This document shows positions 1 to 8,382 of a stretch of 64,000 nt of DNA, one piece after another. The DNA lies in the NCBI GenBank assembly GCA_964452145.1, contig CAYVLA010000003.1:32001-96000 (forward strand), written 5' to 3'. This stretch comes from Candidatus Hadarchaeota archaeon (lineage in GTDB: Archaea > CAYQAE01 > CAYVLA01). The notes below the pieces were generated by a model. It made no database searches, had not been told where the DNA came from, and worked only from the letters and a program-made list of their open reading frames with translations. Both the position numbers and the translations under genes were made by a program. Each line of letters starts with the position of its first letter. Position 1 is the first letter of the stretch.

Positions 1-2
1 AG

Positions 3-662
3 AAGAAATACGAGGGGGCCGCTCGCTGTTACGAGAGCCTCGGCTGGCATGACTCCGCAGCTTGGGCATGGGAAGAGCTCCAGAACTGGGAGAAAGTGGC
101 CCAGAACAAGGAGAAGGCCGCCAAGGAAGACACCATGTACTGGAAGGACGCCGCCGAGGCTTGGGAAAAGGCCAACAAATTCGCCGAGGCCGCCAGATGC
201 TACGAGGAATATGCCAAGGAGGAGCCCTGGTACTGGGAGAACGCGGCTGAGAGCTGGAGGAAAGCCGGCGACGAGGACAAGAGCAAGGCCGCGTGGCTGG
301 AGTCAGCCAAGTACTATGCCAAGGAAGCGGTGCAGGACGAGGGCATCTGGTGGGAGGACGCTGCCAAGGGTTTTGAGAACGCCGGGCAGAAAGAGCAGGC
401 CGTCAAGTGCATGAAGTACTACCTCGAATACTGCATGGAGCAGTCCAAGAAGGAGAAATGGTACTACAAGGAGATAGCCCAGGTCCTGGAGAAGTTCGGC
501 TTCAAGGACAAGGCGGCCGAGTATATGAAGCTGTACGAGGAGTATGAGAAGGAGCGCAAGGAGAAGGCCCTGAAGCGGCTTGAGGAAGAGAAGAAGGCCA
601 GGGAAGCCGCCGAGGCGGCTGGAACGGCCCAGCCTGGAGCCCCGCCCGCGCCGGGGAGCTAG
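3..662 (+). CDS. Trp/Tyr-rich alpha-helical repeat (TPR/SNAP-like solenoid) protein, 5'-truncated by the window edge
   Basis: Frame is open from base 3 (KKYEGAARCYESLGWHDSAAWAWEE...) into the listed ORF. Recurrent motif (Y/W)W-x-(D/N)-AA-x-x-(W/F)-x-(K/N)-A-(G/N). Charged helical tail and Ala/Pro-rich C-terminus. Confidence 0.7.
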   Translation, partial: KKYEGAARCYESLGWHDSAAWAWEELQNWEKVAQNKEKAAKEDTMYWKDAAEAWEKANKFAEAARCYEEYAKEEPWYWENAAESWRKAGDEDKSKAAWLESAKYYAKEAVQDEGIWWEDAAKGFENAGQKEQAVKCMKYYLEYCMEQSKKEKWYYKEIAQVLEKFGFKDKAAEYMKLYEEYEKERKEKALKRLEEEKKAREAAEAAGTAQPGAPPAPGS

Positions 663-706
663 AGTAACCGGTCGCAATCGCTTTCGCCGGAAGCCACGAT
701 ATAGTC

Positions 707-1261
707 TTGTATCCTTTCACGCGCCTAGCTCTCGGTGTCACCGTGCAACTTCATGATCCTGACAATTATGAGCTGGAACGGGCCCTGGAAGCCTTCCAGA
801 AAGGGGACCGCATGCTGTACGAGATCTGCAACGACCTCGGCATCCGCCCCGGACCTGTGTACGATGAGTACGTCGACCGGCTGAAGGAGTCAAGGGAGAT
901 CCCCAAGACCTACAGAGTCCGGGTTCCCGTTGAGCAGCACGTAGGCTTCGACCGGATCTACAACGATCTTCCGATCCTGATAAACACGATCTCCGCAACC
1001 TACCCCGAATGTTACCTCTTGGAACTCGCCGACTATGAGCCCCTGCCCGACACTGAGTGGGTGATATTCTTCGTGCCGGGACTCGGCTTCATAAGGCTGT
1101 ACACTTCCCTTTTCTACGATCTCGGCTGCTACGTTGACGTGATCTTTCCGAACCGGAAGCAGAGGAACTCAGCCAAGCGGGTGGCGAACGACATAGCGGA
1201 AGCTTTGAACGGGTTCTATCGGTGCAGAGCTAGGAAAGAGGTCTCACTCTCACACGGATGA
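707..1261 (+). CDS. Hypothetical protein (start uncertain, possibly a later GTG); possible N-terminal HTH
   Basis: 184-aa ORF with globular composition; stop codon abuts the 3' end of tRNA-Pro. No family recognised. Confidence 0.55.
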   Translation: MYPFTRLALGVTVQLHDPDNYELERALEAFQKGDRMLYEICNDLGIRPGPVYDEYVDRLKESREIPKTYRVRVPVEQHVGFDRIYNDLPILINTISATYPECYLLELADYEPLPDTEWVIFFVPGLGFIRLYTSLFYDLGCYVDVIFPNRKQRNSAKRVANDIAEALNGFYRCRARKEVSLSHG

Positions 1262-1368
1262 TGGGGCCGCCCGGATTTTCATGGCCACAGCCATTTTGAA
1301 CCGGAGTTCCGAGGTCCCGAACCTCGAAGGATGTCCTGAGGAAATGGACCAGGCTACCCCACGGCCCC
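1262..1368 (-). tRNA. tRNA-Pro(CGG) with two non-canonical BHB introns (1331-1343 at about 22/23; 1276-1294 at 59/60)
   Basis: Removing TTCCTCAGGACAT and ATGGCTGTGGCCATGAAAA gives GGGGCCG-TG-GGGTAGCCTGGTCCATCCT-T-CGAGG-TTCGGGA-CCTCG-GAAC-TCCGG-TTCAAAT-CCGGG-CGGCCCC-A, a typical 75-nt archaeal tRNA-Pro. CCA is not encoded. Confidence 0.93.
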
Positions 1369-1426
1369 ATTCCGGATGCGGGGCTCCCAGAGGAGCGTGA
1401 AAAATCTTTTCGATTCCCCCGTTCCC

Positions 1427-2290
1427 TCAGATGTACATATTCCTATCTGGGCTCTCTCTGCCCTGCTCGCCCGCGAATCTCCTCGCCAGCTCTTCGAGAT
1501 GCTTCTCCTGGGCCCGCTGTCTTGAGCTTTCCCGCGAGCGTTCCTTCTTCATAGCGCTCTCGATAAGCTTTCCATCCAGCTGGAACCCAACGATCTCCGA
1601 AATCTTGGAGGTAACCTGGCGAACCGCCTGCAGATCGGCTTGGAGACTCACGCCGTCAGGCATCATGGCCGTTCCCAGAAAGAAGACGGAGGCGATCCTG
1701 CGTTTCATGGCCAGCATGGGAAGGGCGGCCTGGAATCCCTGCCCGGCATTCAGAACCTTGCCTATGCCCTCGACCTTCTGGATATCGTCGATCTTGGCGA
1801 TCTTGTTGATCTCCATGAACTTGTCAGCCTCCGGTCCGTTCGGTCGCCCCACGATCTCGGGCATGCCTTTCTTGCTGGCGACCCCAAAACCCCCGATGCT
1901 CAGCATCATCGATCTGGGGCACATGCGCTCCAAGGCGTCGAAGAGGGCAGTGCTGACGAAATGCGCCTCCCAGGCGGCAGGCTGACGGGGACCGAACGCC
2001 ACCAGCATCGGCACCTTTCCGGACTCGGTGAGCCTGAGCCTTATCCCAGGGCTTTCGAAGTAGCCCGTTTCCTCGTTCACTATCGGATCTGAAAGCATGC
2101 TGAGGGAAGATATCTCTCCCAAGTCACGGTAGTCAAGATCCTGCTTCTGCAGGTAGTAGCCCGTCATGAAAGCCACAAGGCCAATGCCCGTTCCTGTGCA
2201 CACGACGGCAATCAGTCGATCAACCTCGGGAAGATCCTCGCCCACCTCGGCGATGGCATAGGGCACTTCCTGTCCGTAGTACTTGCTCAT
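1427..2290 (-). CDS. PAC2-family proteasome assembly chaperone / PbaB-like protein with C-terminal HbYX motif
   Basis: GTGIGLVAFMTGYYL near the N-terminus, QP motif, LSIGGF, DLQAVRQV and C-terminal ...RNMYI. Confidence 0.75.
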   Translation of the reverse strand: MSKYYGQEVPYAIAEVGEDLPEVDRLIAVVCTGTGIGLVAFMTGYYLQKQDLDYRDLGEISSLSMLSDPIVNEETGYFESPGIRLRLTESGKVPMLVAFGPRQPAAWEAHFVSTALFDALERMCPRSMMLSIGGFGVASKKGMPEIVGRPNGPEADKFMEINKIAKIDDIQKVEGIGKVLNAGQGFQAALPMLAMKRRIASVFFLGTAMMPDGVSLQADLQAVRQVTSKISEIVGFQLDGKLIESAMKKERSRESSRQRAQEKHLEELARRFAGEQGRESPDRNMYI

Positions 2291-2427
2291 TCCTCAGCCC
2301 CGTTGAAAATGCTAGGGGTCCTTGACTCTAAAATATGTCCTGAACGGCGGGTTCAAAGCATCCGGATGGACCTGCCTCTCTCCGGTAAGATATTATAGCG
2401 ACCGAGGCTGCGCGCAATGGAGAGAAC

Positions 2428-3246
2428 ATGAGCCTCCTCTTTCGGCATGCCGCGTTCGAAGGCTACCGGGCGGTTGTGGAGGACCCAAGCATCTGCCGAC
2501 ACATAGCCTTTGGCCTGTTGTCACTTCAAGATGGCCAGATCTACAGGGAAGATACAGCCGGCAGGGAGGTCTGCATCATCCTGCTGAACGGGCTGGTATC
2601 GACCACCGTTGACGCAAGTGAGAAGGGCGATATGGGGCCCCGAAGCACCGTCTTCGACGGTAAGCCCTATTCACTGTACGTCCCCAAGGAAAGCGACCTC
2701 GAGCTGAGGTCCAGGGGGCCCAGTTTCCTCGCGGTATCCCGAGCCCCCGCCAGATCCAAGAGGGAACCCAGGATCATCCAGCCTCAGGACGTCAAATGCA
2801 GAACGGTGGGAAGATGGAACTGGAAGAGGAGTGTCTGCGACATCATGGGGAATGATTCCACCGTTCCCGAAACGTTGATAGTGGGGGAGACCCTCAATCC
2901 ACCAGGCAACTGGTCCAGCGCGCCTCCCCACAAGCACGACGTCGATGACCTTCCTAGGGAGTCCAGACTCGAAGAGGTGTACTTCTACAAGTTGCGGCCC
3001 CCTCAAGGCTTCGGCCTGCAGAGGATCTACACCGAGGGCGGAGACCTTGACGAAGCCTACGTGGTGCGCGACGGAGACACCATGGCCATACCGAGGGGCT
3101 ACCATCCGGTGGTCGCTGCACCGGGCTACTCCCTGTACTACTTATGGGTCCTAGCCGGAGAAAAAAGGGTGATGAAGCCGAGGGATGACGGATCGCATTC
3201 TTGGCTGAAGGACTGTGAGCCCATAATCTCCCAGATGGAGGGCTGA
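2428..3246 (+). CDS. iolB: 5-deoxy-glucuronate isomerase (IolB/KduI family)
   Basis: GNWSSAPPHKHD, LEEVYFY, GFGLQRIY, GYHPVVAAPGYSLYYLWVLAG. Confidence 0.9.
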   Translation: MSLLFRHAAFEGYRAVVEDPSICRHIAFGLLSLQDGQIYREDTAGREVCIILLNGLVSTTVDASEKGDMGPRSTVFDGKPYSLYVPKESDLELRSRGPSFLAVSRAPARSKREPRIIQPQDVKCRTVGRWNWKRSVCDIMGNDSTVPETLIVGETLNPPGNWSSAPPHKHDVDDLPRESRLEEVYFYKLRPPQGFGLQRIYTEGGDLDEAYVVRDGDTMAIPRGYHPVVAAPGYSLYYLWVLAGEKRVMKPRDDGSHSWLKDCEPIISQMEG

Positions 3247-3269
3247 GAAAAGCCGCCCGGGCAGGTGGA

Positions 3270-4358
3270 TCAGGACCTCAGCCTTTTCACCACATCTTCG
3301 AAGGCGTCCATGGTCCTCGCCACATCCTCCAAGCTCGTCGAGCCCAGATGGGCTATGCGAATCATCTTCTCCCTGTACTCATCATGACCCGCGGCAACCA
3401 CCACGTCGTGATCCCTGTCCATCGCCCCCTGGATATCGGTGGCTCTCAGCGGCTTGGGAATCTTCAGCGCGGTCAAGGTGTTCGAGCACGTATTCTCCAA
3501 GAAGGGGAAGAACTTGAACCCTAGGCTTTGGGCCCGGCTCCTCGCCAGCCTTGCCATCGCGATGTGTCTTTCGAACCTTTTCCTGAGGCCCTCGGCCATG
3601 ATCTCATCCAGAGCGGCCCGAAGGGCAAACAGAAGGCTCTCTGACTGGGTGAAGGGTGTCTGGCCCCTGTTCTTCTTATCGGCCGCCCTGTACTTCCTGA
3701 GATCAAGGTAGAAGGAACGTGGCTCGGTCGACTCCATGATGTCCCATGCTTTCTGGCTGACCGATACGAGAGCCAGACCCGGCGGGCAGCCGAAGGCCTT
3801 CTGGGACCCCGCCACGCAGATATCGACCTTGCACCGATCGGTTGGTATGTCATCACCGCCCATCGACGAGACCGCATCAACGATGAATAGCGTATCCGTA
3901 TCGGCCAGGAAGCTGCCGATCTGAGCTAGGTCGACCCTGACACCGGTCGAGGTTTCGTTCTGCACGATGGCCACCGCCTTGACGTCATCGGTGTAGAGGG
4001 ACTCGATCTGGCGGCTGATCGGGGCTTGGCCCCAAGGAAGCTGGAGCTCCACCACCTCGCCCTGGTAGACCCGGACGATCTGCCTGAAGCGCGCGCTGAA
4101 CTTCCCATAAACGGGGACTATGACCTTGTCCCCCGGCGAGATCCAAGACGAGATCGACGCATCCATCCCCGCGGTGGAGGATCCTGAGATGATGTGCAGA
4201 TCGCTCTTGGTTTGGAAGACTTTCTTGGAGTCCTCTTGGATCTGGTGGAGGAAGGACCCATATTCATCGGTTCTGTGCGCTTTCATCTGGGTTCCCAGGG
4301 CATTCATCACTGCCGCTGAGAGCATCGTCGGGCCGGGGATCATCAGAAGCTTGTCCAT
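3270..4358 (-). CDS. Class V PLP aminotransferase (serine-pyruvate / alanine-glyoxylate type)
   Basis: LLMIPGPT, VQNETSTGV, VDAVSS, GSQKAFGCPPGL (PLP lysine), IRIAHLG. Confidence 0.9.
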   Translation of the reverse strand: MDKLLMIPGPTMLSAAVMNALGTQMKAHRTDEYGSFLHQIQEDSKKVFQTKSDLHIISGSSTAGMDASISSWISPGDKVIVPVYGKFSARFRQIVRVYQGEVVELQLPWGQAPISRQIESLYTDDVKAVAIVQNETSTGVRVDLAQIGSFLADTDTLFIVDAVSSMGGDDIPTDRCKVDICVAGSQKAFGCPPGLALVSVSQKAWDIMESTEPRSFYLDLRKYRAADKKNRGQTPFTQSESLLFALRAALDEIMAEGLRKRFERHIAMARLARSRAQSLGFKFFPFLENTCSNTLTALKIPKPLRATDIQGAMDRDHDVVVAAGHDEYREKMIRIAHLGSTSLEDVARTMDAFEDVVKRLRS

Positions 4359-4433
4359 ATCATGTCGCCCCTGCTGACCTGTGGACTTCTTTTAAATATT
4401 CGCGCCGCTTCAACCCAAGGCATCTGATCGGAG

Positions 4434-5126
4434 GTGCCAAAGCTGAAGACGGAACCCGAACTCAAAGTGGCTCTGGTCCTCCTGGCTTCATACCTTGCCT
4501 TCGGCATTCTGCAGGTTCCTTCCTACCTGAAGATGGAACCTCCCTTTACCCTCGTGGACTCCCTCGTTTCGCTGAGTCTCTTCGCCGCGCTCCTGTTCCC
4601 GGCCGCCTACGCGGGGAGCCGCATGAACCCCGCTTCCGTTGTGTTCATCCAACGCCTCATCTGCCATGGCAGATCTGTCCCTGGGCACGTTCTGAGGAGG
4701 GTCTTGCTTGCGCTTGTCTTGGCCCTCCTTGCATTCTGCATCAATCTCGGGCTCACGGCTTTGTTCACGAGGGTGTGGACGCCTCCAACGACCCAGGATT
4801 ACATCCACAGCTTCAACCTGTTCGATAAGATGGCTGCCTCCATCTCGTCGGGGTTATGGGAGGAAACGATCTTCCGCTTCTTCCTTTTCTCCGCTGCCCT
4901 GTCGGTCCTGAAACGGAGGTTGCCCGCAGTCCTTCTATCCAACCTCGTGTTCACCCTCATGCACGCCGTCTTCCAGCAACCCCCCTACAATCTCTCTGCC
5001 TTGACGATAGTCTACCTCTTAGGTCTGGTCTATTCCAAGTGCTACACGGACCAAGGATTGGAGCCCGCCGTCATCTGCCATGCAGCGATGAATCTACTCA
5101 CGATGACGTTGGGCCTAATGCTCTGA
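4434..5126 (+). CDS. CPBP (Abi/CAAX) family intramembrane metalloprotease
   Basis: Multi-TM protein with EETIFR, FTLMH and HAAMN motifs. Confidence 0.85.
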   Translation: MPKLKTEPELKVALVLLASYLAFGILQVPSYLKMEPPFTLVDSLVSLSLFAALLFPAAYAGSRMNPASVVFIQRLICHGRSVPGHVLRRVLLALVLALLAFCINLGLTALFTRVWTPPTTQDYIHSFNLFDKMAASISSGLWEETIFRFFLFSAALSVLKRRLPAVLLSNLVFTLMHAVFQQPPYNLSALTIVYLLGLVYSKCYTDQGLEPAVICHAAMNLLTMTLGLML

Positions 5127-5127
5127 C

Positions 5128-5892
5128 CTAGCTTAGCACGATCAGGGCATCGAAGAGAGCGGATCCAAAGAAATGGGTAGCCCAGCTAGGCAGGACCGAC
5201 CTCGAACGCAGGTTGGCCCAGCCAAACACAACTCCGGCTATGAGGGAGTATGGCACCTCTACGGACGGCTTCCCCATGTGCAGGTAGGCGTACGGAACGC
5301 TCTGGATCAGTATCGAACCCCAGAAGGACCTCCTGCCCAGAACGAACAGGACGGTCCCCCTGAAGAAGAGTTCACACGAGAACATCATGATGGCGATCAG
5401 GGTCTCATGGTAGGCGAAATCCCTCCACGTGATCGGAGAACTGGACCTCCATATGGGGTAGTACAGGGTCATGGAAGGCACTGCAAGACCGACGATTGCC
5501 AGGAGGGCTGCGACTGCCAGAAGACACGGGGTGATGCGGAAGGTAATGGACCTTTCCCCGAGCGATAGGCCGACATCCGCTGGGTGAAGACGACCGACGA
5601 CCAACCAGAGGAAGACCAGCGGCAGGCCAACATAGAGCACCAGATCGCCCAACCAGCGCGCCGGGAGGATGGGTCGAAAGATCTGTTCGACCATTGGAAC
5701 CGCAAACAGAAGTCCTGAAACCAGCATCTCCTCAGGTTTCCAACGAAGGATGAGGGCCATCGTCAGGCTCCCCGCTAGCCCGCCGACTAGGACGTAGCCC
5801 CGGTAATGCCTGCCCGGGAAGTTCGCTTGACTGGCGTAGAAGCAGAGGAAGAGCACGAAGCCGAGAGCAACCAGCACCCGCTTTGGGGGCAC
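5128..5892 (-). CDS. CPBP (Abi/CAAX) family intramembrane metalloprotease (start uncertain; ORF open to 6015)
   Basis: CELFFRG, YAYLHMGKP-x-x-E and SWATH motifs; multi-TM. GTG at 5892 chosen to avoid overlap with the upstream gene. Confidence 0.8.
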   Translation of the reverse strand: MPPKRVLVALGFVLFLCFYASQANFPGRHYRGYVLVGGLAGSLTMALILRWKPEEMLVSGLLFAVPMVEQIFRPILPARWLGDLVLYVGLPLVFLWLVVGRLHPADVGLSLGERSITFRITPCLLAVAALLAIVGLAVPSMTLYYPIWRSSSPITWRDFAYHETLIAIMMFSCELFFRGTVLFVLGRRSFWGSILIQSVPYAYLHMGKPSVEVPYSLIAGVVFGWANLRSRSVLPSWATHFFGSALFDALIVLS

Positions 5893-5945
5893 GCACCCCG
5901 GAAAGGCATCTGCCAGAAATGTGTTCCTGCCCCAGAGTCGGCCGG

Positions 5946-6287
5946 CTAGAGCCTGCTTCCACAGAAGGGACAGAAGGCCGCATTCTTGGGAGGTCTGGAT
6001 CCGCAGTTCGGACAAACCATCTCTGCGATCCTCGTCAGGCGGTAGAGTTGAGCGTAAAAGAAAGCGAAAGCGGTGACCGCTGCAGCGATCATGCCGAAGA
6101 TCGTTGACAGAAAACCCAATGCAAGGGTTCCCAGGAGACCAGGTTTAATGGCCGAGTACAGAAAATATCCGAAGAAGAAGCCGGAGGCAGCTCCCACGAA
6201 AAGTCCGAGGCCGAGTGGCCTCAGATAGTATCTCCGTTCAATATACTCACGCAGATACTCACCGAAGCCTATCTCTTTGGACAGCAA
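5946..6287 (-). CDS. Small two-TM membrane protein with C-terminal zinc ribbon
   Basis: Two hydrophobic helices followed by CPNCG...AAFCPFCGSRL. Confidence 0.75.
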   Translation of the reverse strand: MLSKEIGFGEYLREYIERRYYLRPLGLGLFVGAASGFFFGYFLYSAIKPGLLGTLALGFLSTIFGMIAAAVTAFAFFYAQLYRLTRIAEMVCPNCGSRPPKNAAFCPFCGSRL

Positions 6288-6313
6288 ACCACCCCGCGGG
6301 GGCGTCCAAGCAT

Positions 6314-6694
6314 CTATGCCTTCTTCGCGCCCTTGACACCCCTGCCTTCCCCGGGCCCCTTCGGAGCCTTGCCCGCTTCAGCCTTAGGCTCAGCCTCCTT
6401 CTCACCTTCTGCCGGGGCGCCGAAATTCTTCCGGAGGATGTGTTTGGCCTCGATGCTCTTCAGCCTGGACTCGTCCTTGTATGCTTTGGCAAAGCCCTTG
6501 CTCACGGAAGCCCCGAAATCAGTGTACACCGAGTGCACGACGGTCAGCTCGGGTTTGGCGGTCAGCTTGGCACACAGGAGGCGCCTTATCTCGCCCAGTG
6601 GCGGCGTCGGCTCCCCCTCGTGGGTGACCAAGAATCTGATTTCATCCCTAACCAGAAGGGGATTGTGTTTCCTCTCAGTTATCTCAATGTCCAT
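6314..6694 (-). CDS. rps24e: 30S ribosomal protein eS24 with C-terminal extension
   Basis: MDIEITERKHNPLLVRDEI...HEGEPTP...GFAKAY; ATG at 6694; conserved gene context. Confidence 0.93.
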   Translation of the reverse strand: MDIEITERKHNPLLVRDEIRFLVTHEGEPTPPLGEIRRLLCAKLTAKPELTVVHSVYTDFGASVSKGFAKAYKDESRLKSIEAKHILRKNFGAPAEGEKEAEPKAEAGKAPKGPGEGRGVKGAKKA

Positions 6695-7208
6695 GCGCAG
6701 GCACCTTCGACATATCCAGGATCGACTTCGCCGTCGCCTTGGACCCCCTGTCAACCGCCACGGCAACTATTCCAGCCCCTGGTTGACCGTATAGAACCAA
6801 GGAGCCAACGGGAGAAGCTGCGATGGCCGGCAGTCCGAGGAGATCCTCCTCGCCCAGAATCTTGACGGCGGACTTCCGCCGAAACCTTATTAATCTTTTC
6901 AGGAGGTTAAAAGCCTCCTCGCTGACCGTTCCCGCAGGATTTCGAGCCTCTTGCCTGTCGTATTCGGCCAGAAGACCCTCGCCGAGACTCTTCCTAGGTT
7001 CTCTACGGGTTCTTTCGTCGTAGATGACGATCTGCGGAGCCACGCCTCTGCTGAGGAGAGCCTCCGAGACAACGTCCCCCACGGTGATAACGATGCCCGA
7101 ACAGCTCCTCGCACGCCTCGCCGCTTCCTCCTCTTGTATCAACTCCCCCAAGGGCTGCGACAGCCGTCTCCTGATCTCGGGATCGTCGAAGCGGTATCTC
7201 GCGGCCAC
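6684..7208 (-). CDS. GTP-dependent dephospho-CoA kinase (DUF359)
   Basis: ITVGDVVS, NPAGTVS, GEEDLLGLP, LYGQPG; located between spt4 and rps24e. Confidence 0.9.
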   Translation of the reverse strand: MAARYRFDDPEIRRRLSQPLGELIQEEEAARRARSCSGIVITVGDVVSEALLSRGVAPQIVIYDERTRREPRKSLGEGLLAEYDRQEARNPAGTVSEEAFNLLKRLIRFRRKSAVKILGEEDLLGLPAIAASPVGSLVLYGQPGAGIVAVAVDRGSKATAKSILDMSKVPAHGH

Positions 7209-7217
7209 GGTAGACCC

Positions 7218-7406
7218 TCAGGATACGCTCAGAGCATATCGTCCTTTCTTCCGTATCTTCAGCTTCTGGGCTATCCTGGATTTGGTGGGATCGACGATCA
7301 CCAGCAGGCCGCTCCACCGCGGTGAGAAGGAGTTGCCCCGGCAATTCGGGCATATCGTGCCCTTGGGAACGATGTAGAAGCAGTTCCGGCATGCCCTACC
7401 CCGCAT
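7218..7406 (-). CDS. spt4: Transcription elongation factor Spt4 (RpoE'')
   Basis: RACRNC...CPNC...WSGLLVIVDPTKSRIAQKL...GRYALSV; follows rpoE1. Confidence 0.93.
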   Translation of the reverse strand: MRGRACRNCFYIVPKGTICPNCRGNSFSPRWSGLLVIVDPTKSRIAQKLKIRKKGRYALSVS

Positions 7407-7960
7407 CACTCCACCTCCTTCTTGTCCTCCTCAATCCACTCCAGCTTGCCCAGACCCGGCTGCCTCATCGTCAGGGCTATCTTCCCGCTGATGGTTGGGC
7501 CTCCCTTGATGCTTACAGCGACTATCCTGGCCCGAACCTGATCACCCTCCCGCAGGACCCTGTTGCTTTCTTTCCCGATGAATCTGGCGTTCTTCTTGTC
7601 GTGGATTATGAAGTCATCCGTGATCTGCGATACGTGCACCAGCCCGTCGAGAGGACCGAGCCTGACGAACGCGCCGAAGTCGACTATCTCCACGACCTGA
7701 CCCATGGTTATCTCCTGCATTTCGGGCTTATAGGTGAGAACCTGGAACTCGGTGTCGTGGTAGGTTGCTCCATCGCCCGGAGTTATCAGGCCACTGCCAA
7801 CCTTCAACACCTGCGTCACGCAGATGATGAGGCCCAGATCCTTGTCGAGTATGCCCTCGTAGTCCTCCCTTAGGAGCTTCTCGACCACGACGACCCTGTC
7901 CTCCCCGAAACGGTTCGGCGGGATCCTCACGGTGTCTCGCAGGGTAACCAGCTTGTACAT
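7406..7960 (-). CDS. rpoE1: DNA-directed RNA polymerase subunit Rpo7 (E')
   Basis: MYKLVTLRDTVRIPP, GDGATY, FGAFVRLGPLDGLVHVSQI, LTMRQPGLGKLEWI. Confidence 0.95.
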   Translation of the reverse strand: MYKLVTLRDTVRIPPNRFGEDRVVVVEKLLREDYEGILDKDLGLIICVTQVLKVGSGLITPGDGATYHDTEFQVLTYKPEMQEITMGQVVEIVDFGAFVRLGPLDGLVHVSQITDDFIIHDKKNARFIGKESNRVLREGDQVRARIVAVSIKGGPTISGKIALTMRQPGLGKLEWIEEDKKEVE

Positions 7961-8001
7961 TCCTTCACATCCCATTCGGCAAAAGTAAGAGCAGGAATAC
8001 T

Positions 8002-8381
8002 CTACAAGAAGTCGAGGTGGGAATAGTCCCGAACCCCGATGATTCGGATTCCGCGGGCCTTTAATATGTTTTTAAGCCGGGTGTCTCCGGTACACACATA
8101 GGTGCTCTCGACACGTCCCTCCGCCAACTTCACTATCGCCTCATCTCCCGACTTCGCCTCCACAGGAACCACCTCGATCTTCTCAGCAAGCATCAACGCG
8201 AGTCTGGCTGAAGAGCCCGCTCTGCCTCTGCCCTTTGCCAGTTCCTCCAGCTCTAGGCGAACCTTCTCGGGCATCACGATCCTGTGCGATCCCGGAACGA
8301 GCCTGGCGAGGTCATCAAATAGGCTAAGGGACGAGCCGTAGGCACTCATAAAAAATTGGCGTCCACAACGATGGTCGTCAC
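8002..8381 (-). CDS. PIN-domain protein (Fcf1/Utp24-like, archaeal type); reading frame split by a -1 shift at 8349-8355
   Basis: GTG at 8381 gives MTTIVVDANF(L) then TGA. The -1 frame continues MSAY...VRLELEEL...GDEAIV...VCTGDTRLK. Canonical position between aIF2g and rpoE1. Confidence 0.8.
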
Positions 8382-8382
8382 A

